From NCBI GenBank assembly GCA_045540295.1, contig JAZQGY010000029.1:22401-86400 (forward strand): DNA of 64,000 bases, written 5' to 3'. Each line of letters starts with the position of its first letter. The first letter of the stretch is position 1. The stretch is from Clostridia bacterium (GTDB taxonomy: Bacteria > Bacillota > Clostridia > UMGS1840). This document shows, piece by piece, positions 46,436 through 54,281 of this stretch. The notes below the pieces were generated by a model. That model saw only the letters and a program-made list of their open reading frames with translations, was not told the DNA's origin and searched no databases. The position numbers and the translations under genes are program-made.

Positions 46436-46996
46436 TTATTGAATACGAGATTTCATAAATCCCATTTTACAGATTAACGCTGTGACAATGGTTGTGATGA
46501 TGATTTCAGGAATCATGTAAGTACCGTTATAGATTAACGAATAACTGAGAACACTTTGTCCTTCTTCTGCATAGACTCCCCAGATTAAAATGCCCGACAG
46601 GATGTGACACACATACCGAAGGGTAGTGACAATAGCTGCCGAAAGCGGTGCCGCCCATTCTTTTTGTCGGAATAGTTTATAAAAGAATCCCGATAATCCC
46701 AACACACCAAAGGCAAGAATGTAGTCTAAAAGAACTACCAGCACAAAGTAGCCGAAGGTTTGTGTCGGTGGGGGATAGAATCCAAAAAGCATCTGAATGA
46801 GAGCATAGGAAACGGAAGCGGCAAGTCCCCATTTTGAGCCGAATAACAGACCTGCCATCACAATGGGTACCATAGATGCAACGGTGATGCTGCCACCCTG
46901 AAGCCAGGGAGCCGGAATGATTTTTGATAACCACATTAGAACCGTTGCTAAAGCAATCAACAGGGCACAGGTGGTTAGTTTTTTTGTTGTTTGCAT
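46436..46996 (-). CDS. thiT: thiamine ECF-transporter substrate-binding (S) component ThiT
   Basis: About 6 TM segments in 186 aa. Start MQTTKK follows AAAGGAG. Directly downstream of a TPP riboswitch. Confidence 0.78.
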   Translation of the reverse strand: MQTTKKLTTCALLIALATVLMWLSKIIPAPWLQGGSITVASMVPIVMAGLLFGSKWGLAASVSYALIQMLFGFYPPPTQTFGYFVLVVLLDYILAFGVLGLSGFFYKLFRQKEWAAPLSAAIVTTLRYVCHILSGILIWGVYAEEGQSVLSYSLIYNGTYMIPEIIITTIVTALICKMGFMKSRIQ

Positions 46997-47040
46997 GTTT
47001 TTATTACTCCTTTCTAATTGAGAAAAGAATAATACCAATA

Positions 47041-47068
47041 AAAAATCCGAATCATTTTTGATTCGGAT
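47041..47068 (-). terminator. TPP-riboswitch expression-platform terminator
   Basis: Minus strand ATCCGAATC-aaaaat-GATTCGGAT followed by TTTTT. Confidence 0.75.
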
Positions 47069-47088
47069 AAAAAGAAAACACGTTATTT

Positions 47089-47170
47089 TCCCTACGTTGG
47101 CATTATCCAAATCAGGTTACGGGTTAAAGTGCAACACACTTACTCTCAGCCGACTTACGGTCAGCTCCCC
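47089..47170 (-). promoter_or_regulatory. TPP (THI-box) riboswitch aptamer
   Basis: Minus strand GGGGAGC...GGCTGAGAG...ACCCGTAACCTGATTTGGATAATGCCAACGTAGGGA matches the THI-box core (CTGAGA, ACCTGAT, GGATAATGCC, GCGTAGGGA-like). Confidence 0.9.
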
Positions 47171-47207
47171 AAATCTTTTTCATTTTAGTATTTCGAAATA
47201 CAAGTGC

Positions 47208-47236
47208 ATTATACAACCAAGGCGCCGGTTTGTCAA
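47208..47236 (-). promoter_or_regulatory. sigma-A promoter of the thiT leader
   Basis: Minus strand TTGACA (47236-47231), 17-nt spacer, TATAAT (47213-47208). Confidence 0.75.
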
Positions 47237-47345
47237 GTGTTTTTGTTGAATTTATTTTTCATCTTGCTTTTTTGGTAATTTTATGGTAAGATAAATAAAG
47301 TAAAGATATTAATACAGTTTATCCGAAATAAGTGAGGAATTTTTT

Positions 47346-47822
47346 ATGGAAATGGATAGCATGAAAAAATCATTGAAGATGGGCGCATTATCCGGTGTAT
47401 GTACCTATCTTTTGTATGCAATTTTTATTGTGACAGTCGGAATTTTAACAAAGTGGCAGAATTTCTGGACTGTGAGTGAAGAAACCAAAGCGGTAATCTT
47501 TCAGTCACACGGTGCTATTTCCTGGGAAATATCTAATATTGTTGGATTGATTTTTGCATCCTTAGTCCCGGTATTTTTAATGAAGTATGAAAAAATCAAA
47601 TATGCATTTTCTTACATTGGAGTCAGCTTACTGGTATTTATCTGGTTATTCGGAACGGTTTTGGGTGCTTATTTTGTAATCGGCGATATGACCAAAACAG
47701 CATTGTTTTGCCCCTTTGCAACGATTGATGCATTCTATTATTTGATTTTTGTCTTTCTGCTTGGTTCTGCGATTGGAACGATGGCTTCTTTTGTGCTGAA
47801 TTATATGAGAAATAAAGATTAA
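47346..47822 (+). CDS. membrane protein (4-5 TM), function unknown
   Basis: Hydrophobic ORF with GTGAGGA RBS. No family recognised. Confidence 0.5.
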   Translation: MEMDSMKKSLKMGALSGVCTYLLYAIFIVTVGILTKWQNFWTVSEETKAVIFQSHGAISWEISNIVGLIFASLVPVFLMKYEKIKYAFSYIGVSLLVFIWLFGTVLGAYFVIGDMTKTALFCPFATIDAFYYLIFVFLLGSAIGTMASFVLNYMRNKD

Positions 47823-47850
47823 TCTCTCAGAAATACGGAGGATTGTTGAT

Positions 47851-48552
47851 ATGGTTAAATTTAATAACGATTGGGATATCGTGTTAAAAGGAGAATTTGA
47901 TAAACCCTATTATCTGAAGCTCCGTTCCTTTTTGGTGGAGGAATATTCCAATCATGTGATTTATCCGGATATGTATGATATTTTCAACAGCCTGAAGCTG
48001 ACTTCCTATTCTGATGTGAAGGCGGTTATTATCGGGCAGGATCCTTATCACGGCAGAGGACAGGCTCACGGTCTTTCTTTTTCGGTGAAAAAAGGAGTGG
48101 ACATTCCGCCGTCTCTTTTGAATATCTATAAAGAATTACATAACGATTTAGGATGTAAAATTCCTAAAAACGGCTTTCTGGAAAAATGGGCAAAGCAGGG
48201 GGTTCTGCTTTTGAACAATGTGCTGACTGTTCGTGAAAACCAGGCGAATTCTCATAAAGGATGCGGTTGGGAAGAGTTTACCGATCAGGTCATCAGAATG
48301 TTGAATAATCGGGCAAAACCTGTGGTATTCATTTTGTGGGGAGCCAATGCCAAAGCGAAAGAAAGATTGATTACCGCACCTCAACATCTGATTTTAAAGG
48401 CGGCTCATCCGAGTCCTCTGTCTGCCTATAACGGTTTTTGGGATTGCAAACACTTTTCTAAAACCAATCAGTTTTTGCAAATGACCGGGCAAACTCCTAT
48501 TGACTGGCAGATTGAAGATGATTCCGACCATCTTCCTGAATATCTGAAATAA
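47851..48552 (+). CDS. ung: uracil-DNA glycosylase (family 1)
   Basis: GQDPYHG water-activating loop and HPSPLS motif. Confidence 0.92.
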   Translation: MVKFNNDWDIVLKGEFDKPYYLKLRSFLVEEYSNHVIYPDMYDIFNSLKLTSYSDVKAVIIGQDPYHGRGQAHGLSFSVKKGVDIPPSLLNIYKELHNDLGCKIPKNGFLEKWAKQGVLLLNNVLTVRENQANSHKGCGWEEFTDQVIRMLNNRAKPVVFILWGANAKAKERLITAPQHLILKAAHPSPLSAYNGFWDCKHFSKTNQFLQMTGQTPIDWQIEDDSDHLPEYLK

Positions 48553-48570
48553 CAAAAACAGAAAAAAGAA

Positions 48571-48616
48571 AGAGAAAATTGACCAATAGAGGTACTGGTC
48601 ATTTTCTCTTTTTTTG
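48571..48616 (+). terminator. intrinsic terminator
   Basis: AGAGAAAATTGACCA...TGGTCATTTTCTCT followed by TTTTTTT. Confidence 0.8.
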
Positions 48617-48666
48617 TGAATATTTATCAAAAAATAATATGAGTGGCAAAATTTAGAAAAAAACTA

Positions 48667-48695
48667 TTGACAAAGTGAGTTAGTTATGTTAAACT
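48667..48695 (+). promoter_or_regulatory. sigma-A promoter of feoAB
   Basis: TTGACA (48667-48672), 17-nt spacer, TAAACT (48690-48695). Confidence 0.55.
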
Positions 48696-48722
48696 AACCA
48701 AGGAAGTTAGTTGTGACTAACT
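48679..48722. promoter_or_regulatory. two operator-like palindromes (GTTAGT-N-ACTAAC) at the feoA promoter
   Basis: Box 1 is GTTAGTTatgttaAACTAAC (48679-48698) and overlaps the spacer and -10. Box 2 is AGTTAGTtgtgACTAACT (48705-48722), just downstream of the predicted start. Confidence 0.55.
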
Positions 48723-48767
48723 TTGAAAAAACGTTCTAAAATTTATTTTTGAAAACAGGTGCAGAAT

Positions 48768-48980
48768 ATGAGTTTACTGGAAGCAAACCCCGGTCAGGAA
48801 TACATCATTAAGAATATTGAAACCGATGACGAAGAGTTGGATGCCTTCTTATTTTCACTTGGTTGTTATTCGGGGGAGACAATTACCGTGGTTGCGTTCA
48901 GAAAGGGCGGTTGTACCGTTTCCATTAAAGACGGCAGATACAGTATTGACAATCAGTTGGCAGAAGCTATCATGATTTAA
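48768..48980 (+). CDS. feoA: FeoA-family protein
   Basis: About 70-aa SH3-like protein (YIIKNIETDD...GETITVV) directly upstream of feoB. ATG at 48768 follows AGGTG. Confidence 0.8.
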   Translation: MSLLEANPGQEYIIKNIETDDEELDAFLFSLGCYSGETITVVAFRKGGCTVSIKDGRYSIDNQLAEAIMI

Positions 48981-49013
48981 GGTAGCTTCTCGCCCTTATT
49001 TTTTTGGTTAGCG

Positions 49014-49029
49014 GTTAGTTGTAACTAAC
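49014..49029. promoter_or_regulatory. third operator-like palindrome, in the feoA-feoB spacer
   Basis: GTTAGTTGTAACTAAC differs from box 2 by 1 nt. Preceded by an extra half-site GGTTAGC. Confidence 0.5.
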
Positions 49030-49079
49030 TCGATAAAAAGTTAAAAATCCGAAAGGAATGGATAAAAGGAGAAACCGTT

Positions 49080-51101
49080 ATGAGAATTGCGTTAACAGGA
49101 AATCCCAACTCCCGTAAAACCACTATGTATAACGCTCTGACCGGCAGAAATGAAAAAGTCGCCAACTGGGCAGGGGTTACCGTTGAGAAAAAGGAACATA
49201 CCATCAAAAAAGCTTATTCGGTGGGCGGAATCGACCTGGTGGCCGTTGACTTGCCCGGTGCATACTCTATGTCACCGTTTACATCCGAAGAAAGCATTAC
49301 CAGTGCATATGTAAGGCAGGAAAACCCCGATGTTATTGTGAACATTGTGGATGCGGCAAACCTGAGCCGTTCCTTGTTCTTTACCACTCAGCTTTTAGAA
49401 CTTGGCATTCCCGTTGTTGTTGCACTGAACAAGAGCGATATCAACGATAAAAAAGGAACTAAAATTGATGTGGCAAAGCTTTCCGAAAAGCTGGCTTGTC
49501 CCGTTATCGAAACGGTTTCTGTATCTGCCGACGGCTTAAAAGAAGTGATTGCTGCGGCGGTTGACCGTGCAGGTACCACTCAGACAGCAGTTTATACTCA
49601 GGGTAATATTGATCTTAGCAGTAAACAAGCAGTAGAAGCTGCTGACCGAAAACGATTCCAATTTGTGAATCTTATTGTAAAGGAAGTAGAAACCCGTAAG
49701 GTTTTAACCAAAGACAAGCAGTTCGGCGATAAAATTGACGCAGTTCTGACCAACAAATGGCTTGGTATCCCGATTTTTGCAGTTGTGATGTATTTGGTAT
49801 TCCAGATTTCTCAGGTTTGGGTCGGAACTCCCATTGCGGACTGGCTGGTAGGCCACTTGGAAACCTTCCAGGGTTGGGCAGGAGAGCTGCTAGGTGATGC
49901 AAATCCGCTTCTTTCTGCCATTTTAATTGACGGTGTTATCGGCGGTGTTGTAGCTGTTGTCGGATTCTTACCGCTGGTTATGGTCATGTATTTTTTAATC
50001 GCGCTGTTGGAAGACTGCGGTTATATGTCCCGTGTGGCAGTTGTGTTAGACCCCATTTTCAAAAAAGTTGGTCTTTCCGGTAAATCAGTTATTCCGTTTG
50101 TTATTACGATCGGTTGTGCGGTACCCGGTATTATGGCAAGCCGTACCATTAAAAATGAACGGGAACGAAGAGCCACCGCAATGTTAGCACCCTTTATGCC
50201 TTGCGGTGCAAAAATTCCTGTTATCGCATTGTTTGCCGGTGCATTCTTTCATGATGCCGGTTGGGTGAGTACCTTAATGTACCTCTCCGGTATCGTCTTA
50301 ATTTTCTTAGGTGCATTGCTGGTTAACAAAATCACCGGCTATAGGGCAAGAAAATCCTTCTTTATTATTGAATTGCCCGAATACAAAGCTCCGTCTTTCT
50401 GGGGTGCATTTAAATCCATGTGTAGCCGTGGTTGGGCATATATTGTAAAAGCTGCAACCATCATTCTTCTGTGTAATATGGCAGTACAGATTATGCAGAG
50501 CTTCACCTGGAGTTTCCAGGTTGCAGAAACCGCAGACACTTCCATTTTGGCATCTATCGCTTCTCCTTTTGCATATATTTTGGTTCCCATTGTTGGCGTG
50601 TTAAGCTGGCAGCTTGCAGCAGCAGCGGTTACCGGTTTTATTGCCAAAGAAAATGTGGTTGGTACCCTGGCTGTTTGCTTTGTAGGATTGGAAAACCTGA
50701 TTGATACTGAAGAACTGGTCCTGATGGAAGGTGCAGGTAGCGAAGTTGCCACCGTATTTGCAATTACCAAAATTGCAGCGCTGGCATATCTGATGTTTAA
50801 CTTATACACTCCGCCTTGCTTTGCCGCTATCGGTGCTATGAATGCAGAAATGAAGAGCGCAAAATGGCTGTGGGGCGGTATCGGTCTTCAGCTTGGAGTA
50901 GGATACACTGTTGCATATCTGGTATATACCATTGGTACTTTAATTGTTGCTCCTGCTACCTTAAATGTTGTTGCAGCATTGGCAGGGCTCGCCATTGTAG
51001 TGGCCATTGCGATAATTGTTGCTGTTTTAATCAGTCGTGCCAATAAAAAGCTCAAAGAAGACTATGCGTTAAGCGGTAAAAAGACTGGAGTTCGTGTGTA
51101 A
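49080..51101 (+). CDS. feoB: ferrous iron transporter FeoB
   Basis: N-terminal G-domain GNPNSRKTT, DLPG, NKSD. Polytopic C-terminal permease. 673 aa. Confidence 0.95.
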   Translation: MRIALTGNPNSRKTTMYNALTGRNEKVANWAGVTVEKKEHTIKKAYSVGGIDLVAVDLPGAYSMSPFTSEESITSAYVRQENPDVIVNIVDAANLSRSLFFTTQLLELGIPVVVALNKSDINDKKGTKIDVAKLSEKLACPVIETVSVSADGLKEVIAAAVDRAGTTQTAVYTQGNIDLSSKQAVEAADRKRFQFVNLIVKEVETRKVLTKDKQFGDKIDAVLTNKWLGIPIFAVVMYLVFQISQVWVGTPIADWLVGHLETFQGWAGELLGDANPLLSAILIDGVIGGVVAVVGFLPLVMVMYFLIALLEDCGYMSRVAVVLDPIFKKVGLSGKSVIPFVITIGCAVPGIMASRTIKNERERRATAMLAPFMPCGAKIPVIALFAGAFFHDAGWVSTLMYLSGIVLIFLGALLVNKITGYRARKSFFIIELPEYKAPSFWGAFKSMCSRGWAYIVKAATIILLCNMAVQIMQSFTWSFQVAETADTSILASIASPFAYILVPIVGVLSWQLAAAAVTGFIAKENVVGTLAVCFVGLENLIDTEELVLMEGAGSEVATVFAITKIAALAYLMFNLYTPPCFAAIGAMNAEMKSAKWLWGGIGLQLGVGYTVAYLVYTIGTLIVAPATLNVVAALAGLAIVVAIAIIVAVLISRANKKLKEDYALSGKKTGVRV

Positions 51102-51274
51102 TGATTACCGATGTTATTTTAGTGGCAATTCTTCTTTTGATTGCAGGCGGTTCTGCATGGTATTTGTACCGTGCAAAAAAACGGGGAGAGCATTGCGTTG
51201 GTTGCCCTCACGCCAAACTTTGTAAAAAGGCAGATTGTTGTTGTGGTTCGGAAGCGGAGAGCAATCACAAATAA
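51101..51274 (+). CDS. FeoB-associated Cys-rich small membrane protein (57 aa, absent from the ORF track)
   Basis: The ATG overlaps the feoB stop (TAATG). Sequence MITDVILVAILLLIAGGSAWYLYRAKKRGEHCVGCPHAKLCKKADCCCGSEAESNHK has one TM segment plus a C-x2-C...CCC tail. Confidence 0.65.
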   Translation: MITDVILVAILLLIAGGSAWYLYRAKKRGEHCVGCPHAKLCKKADCCCGSEAESNHK

Positions 51275-51434
51275 TCATCATATGATAGGGCAGTGTGGCT
51301 GTGCTACACTGCCCTATGGAGAGAAATCAAATGAAACATTGTGAATGTTTTCTGTTTATTTCCTTGAATTTTCGGGAGATTTCCGAGAAAATGGGGGAAA
51401 ACCAAAAAAACTTTAAAAAAATTAAAAAAAGATA

Positions 51435-51463
51435 TTGACAAACGGAAGGTTATTTGTTATAAT
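51435..51463 (+). promoter_or_regulatory. sigma-A promoter of tRNA-Thr
   Basis: TTGACA (51435-51440), 17-nt spacer, TATAAT (51458-51463). A-tracts lie upstream. Confidence 0.75.
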
Positions 51464-51478
51464 ATCATTCGTTGGTTG

Positions 51479-51554
<76 letters not shown>

Positions 51555-51590
51555 TAAAATCCTCACACGAAAGTGTGGGGATTTTTCATT
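51555..51590 (+). terminator. intrinsic terminator
   Basis: AAAATCCTCACAC-gaaa-GTGTGGGGATTTTT. Confidence 0.8.
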
Positions 51591-51603
51591 TTGTTAAAAA
51601 AGC

Positions 51604-51632
51604 TTGACAAACGGAATGAAAGGTATTATAAT
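51604..51632 (+). promoter_or_regulatory. sigma-A promoter of the thiMED leader
   Basis: TTGACA (51604-51609), 17-nt spacer, TATAAT (51627-51632). Confidence 0.75.
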
Positions 51633-51650
51633 TCTTTTAAACTTAATAGA

Positions 51651-51728
51651 CGGGAGCTTGTAGTACAGGCTGAGAGGAAGGTGTAACCTTCGACCGACAA
51701 CCTGATTTGGATAATGCCAACGTAGGGA
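51651..51728 (+). promoter_or_regulatory. TPP (THI-box) riboswitch aptamer
   Basis: CGGGAGC...GGCTGAGAGGAAGG...ACCTTCGACCGACAACCTGATTTGGATAATGCCAACGTAGGGA. Confidence 0.9.
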
Positions 51729-51769
51729 TGCCTAAGACACTTGGTGTCAGGAGGAACAGTGCAATTTAT

Positions 51770-51802
51770 GGAAGTTATCGGAATCGGTAGCTTCCTTTTT
51801 TT
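51770..51802 (+). terminator. TPP-riboswitch expression-platform terminator
   Basis: GGAAGTTATCG-gaat-CGGTAGCTTCC (two G.U pairs) followed by TTTTTTT. Confidence 0.75.
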
Positions 51803-51865
51803 GTTGGCAAGGTTTGTTTATTAAGAAATAAACAGCCGGTATTAAACGGCAGAAAGAGGTCAAAA

Positions 51866-52687
51866 ATGTTAGGAACTTATCTGGAAAATGTGCGAAAGAA
51901 AGCACCGCTTATTCACAACATTACTAATTATGTTACGGTGAATGATGTGGCAAATGCACTCCTTGCCAGCGGCGGTAGTCCGATTATGTCGGACGAGCCC
52001 AAAGATGTGGAGGATATTACCACAATTTGTAACGCTTTAAACATCAATATCGGTACTTTGAATGAACGAAGCATTGAGGGAATGAAATTAGCAGGTGTAA
52101 GAGCCAAAGAACTGGGGCATATTGTGTTGCTGGATCCGGTCGGAGCAGGCGCAAGTAAGCTTCGTACAGACACGGCAAACGAACTTATGAATATTGTGAA
52201 ACCGAACATCCTTCGTGGAAATGTTTCTGAAATCAAAACATTAGCCCTTGGCAGCGGTACCACTAAAGGCGTGGACGCCGACATTGCAGATGCCGTCACC
52301 GAAGAAAACCTTTCCGAAATGATTGCTTTTGCGAAAAACTTTTCCCAAAAAACTGATGCAATTATTGTGATTACAGGTGCAATCGACCTGGTGGCAGATG
52401 CTAACCACTGTTATGTAATCAGAAACGGTGTCCCGCAGATGGGAAGAATCACGGGAACCGGCTGTCAGCTTTCTGCCATTGTAACTGCATTTGCGGCAGC
52501 AAATCCGGATGACATCACGAAAGCGGTGGCGGCCGCCGTTTGTATGATGGGACTCTCAGGAGAAATCGGTTACCGTAATTTACAACCCGGGGAAGGAAAC
52601 TCAACCTTACGAAACCGTATTATTGATGCTATTTACTGTATGGATTCAGAAGGACTAAACAAAGGAGCTAACTATGAAGTGCGATAA
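51866..52687 (+). CDS. thiM: hydroxyethylthiazole kinase
   Basis: 273 aa. ITNYVTVNDVAN N-terminus typical of ThiM. First gene after the TPP riboswitch. Confidence 0.9.
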   Translation: MLGTYLENVRKKAPLIHNITNYVTVNDVANALLASGGSPIMSDEPKDVEDITTICNALNINIGTLNERSIEGMKLAGVRAKELGHIVLLDPVGAGASKLRTDTANELMNIVKPNILRGNVSEIKTLALGSGTTKGVDADIADAVTEENLSEMIAFAKNFSQKTDAIIVITGAIDLVADANHCYVIRNGVPQMGRITGTGCQLSAIVTAFAAANPDDITKAVAAAVCMMGLSGEIGYRNLQPGEGNSTLRNRIIDAIYCMDSEGLNKGANYEVR

Positions 52688-53321
52688 GAACGATTTGCTT
52701 TTATATGCGGTAACGGATCGTAGTTGGCTTGGGAACCGCACTCTGATAGAACAGGTAGAAGAAGCTTTAAAGGGTGGTGCAACCATCATCCAGCTTCGTG
52801 AAAAAGATTTGGATGACAATGCCTTTTTAGAGGAGGCAAAACAAATTCAAAAAATTTGCAGACAGTATCAGGCAAAGCTGATTATCAATGACAATGTTTT
52901 AGTTGCTATGAAAATGAATGCTGACGGGATACACATCGGTCAAAAAGATATGAGCATGCAGGATGCGAAAGCTATGATTGGCGAAGATAAAATCCTGGGA
53001 GTTTCGGTGCAAACGGTGGAGCAGGCAATGTATGCAGAGCAAATGGGTGCAGATTATTTGGGGGTAGGAGCGGTTTTTCCTACCACCTCCAAGTCGGACG
53101 CAGATGCAGTAAGCTATGAAATGTTACAGTCTATTTGTCGTGCTGTAAACATCCCTGTTGTTGCCATTGGCGGCATCGGTGTGCATAATATTTCAAAGTT
53201 AGCAGACAGTGGCATCGCAGGTGTTGCAGTGATCAGTGCCATTTTTGCTGCACCGGATATTCGGTTGGCTACCGCTGAACTCAAAAAACTGGCAGAACAG
53301 GTGACAGATTATGGAGATTGA
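52674..53321 (+). CDS. thiE: thiamine-phosphate synthase
   Basis: LYAVTD, IQLREK and GADYLGVGAVFPT motifs. Overlaps thiM by 14 nt. Confidence 0.9.
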   Translation: MKCDKNDLLLYAVTDRSWLGNRTLIEQVEEALKGGATIIQLREKDLDDNAFLEEAKQIQKICRQYQAKLIINDNVLVAMKMNADGIHIGQKDMSMQDAKAMIGEDKILGVSVQTVEQAMYAEQMGADYLGVGAVFPTTSKSDADAVSYEMLQSICRAVNIPVVAIGGIGVHNISKLADSGIAGVAVISAIFAAPDIRLATAELKKLAEQVTDYGD

Positions 53322-54141
53322 TTCTGTTTTACATAAAGAAAAAGTAACAAGATTGCCTGTCGCATTAACGATTGCCGGAAGTGACAGCAGCGGCGGTGCC
53401 GGAATTCAGGCAGACATCAAAACAATGACTATGCATAATGTATACGCTATGAGCGTCATCACGGCATTGACCGCCCAGAATACATTGGGGGTCAAAGAAA
53501 TTTCGGAATCAACACCTTTGTTTCTAAAGGCTCAACTGGATGCTGTGTTTGAAGATATTTTCCCGGATAGTGTGAAAATCGGAATGGTGCCGTCCGGTGA
53601 ATTGATTTGTGTCATTGCGGAAAGATTACAACATTACAAAGCCAAAAATATTGTGGTAGACCCTGTCATGGTAGCAACCAGCGGTGCCAGTTTAATTCAG
53701 AACGAAGCGGTTCGGATCTTGGCAGAAAAACTGTTCCCATTAGCATCTTTGATTACGCCGAATATTCCAGAAGCCCAAGTGCTGTCTGAAATGAAAATTT
53801 CCGACAGTGCGGATATGGAATGTGCAGCAAGATGTATCTGGGAACAGTACGGTTGCAATGTTTTGTTAAAAGGCGGGCATAGAATTAACGATTCCAATGA
53901 TTTACTATATGAAAACGGAAACTGTACCTGGTTTTACGGCACAAGAATTGAGACAAAAAACACTCACGGTACCGGCTGTACACTTTCATCTGCCATCGCT
54001 TCCAACCTTGCAAAAGGTTATTCTTTGAAACAATCCGTACAGAATGCGAAGGAGTATCTGTCAGGCACTCTCTTGGCCGGTTTGGATTTGGGACGAGGCT
54101 CAGGACCGCTAAATCATTCATTTATCTTGAATCAATATTGA
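53311..54141 (+). CDS. thiD: hydroxymethylpyrimidine / phosphomethylpyrimidine kinase
   Basis: LTIAGSDSSGGAGIQADIKT, DPVMVATSG and HGTGCTLSSAIA motifs. Confidence 0.9.
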   Translation: MEIDSVLHKEKVTRLPVALTIAGSDSSGGAGIQADIKTMTMHNVYAMSVITALTAQNTLGVKEISESTPLFLKAQLDAVFEDIFPDSVKIGMVPSGELICVIAERLQHYKAKNIVVDPVMVATSGASLIQNEAVRILAEKLFPLASLITPNIPEAQVLSEMKISDSADMECAARCIWEQYGCNVLLKGGHRINDSNDLLYENGNCTWFYGTRIETKNTHGTGCTLSSAIASNLAKGYSLKQSVQNAKEYLSGTLLAGLDLGRGSGPLNHSFILNQY

Positions 54142-54157
54142 TGGCAGCTATTCGTAC

Positions 54158-54198
54158 AAAAAACTCCCCTCATAACAATGTGGGGAGTTTTCATTTTG
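54158..54198 (+). terminator. intrinsic terminator
   Basis: AAAACTCCCC...GGGGAGTTTT followed by a T-rich tail. Confidence 0.75.
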
Positions 54199-54281
54199 GT
54201 AACAAATAGTCGGATATCTTGCAATTTCTCGTTTGGATTGTTATAATGAAGAAAAAAAGTGTATCCTGGGGAAGTGATGGT

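Noticed and set aside
46997-47110. N-terminal extensions of ORF-track predictions: thiT to 47110, glgB to 41678, glgC to 39622, the membrane protein to 5250, the J-protein to 5840, and the DUF5685 gene to 6741
   Set aside because: The extensions run through a TPP riboswitch, leader hairpins or neighbouring genes and lack an RBS. Internal starts have canonical GGAG-type RBS at 7-10 nt.
51141-51344. 67-aa plus-strand ORF after feoB
   Set aside because: It is out of frame with, and overlaps, the better-supported 57-codon Cys-rich membrane ORF coupled to the feoB stop, and it runs through the hairpin at 51283-51318.
51332-51439. 35-codon ORF MKHCECFLFISLNFREISEKMGENQKNFKKIKKRY with a GGAGAG RBS
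   Set aside because: Its 3' half is the A-tract/UP-element and -35 region of the tRNA-Thr promoter. There is no supporting evidence beyond the RBS-like sequence.
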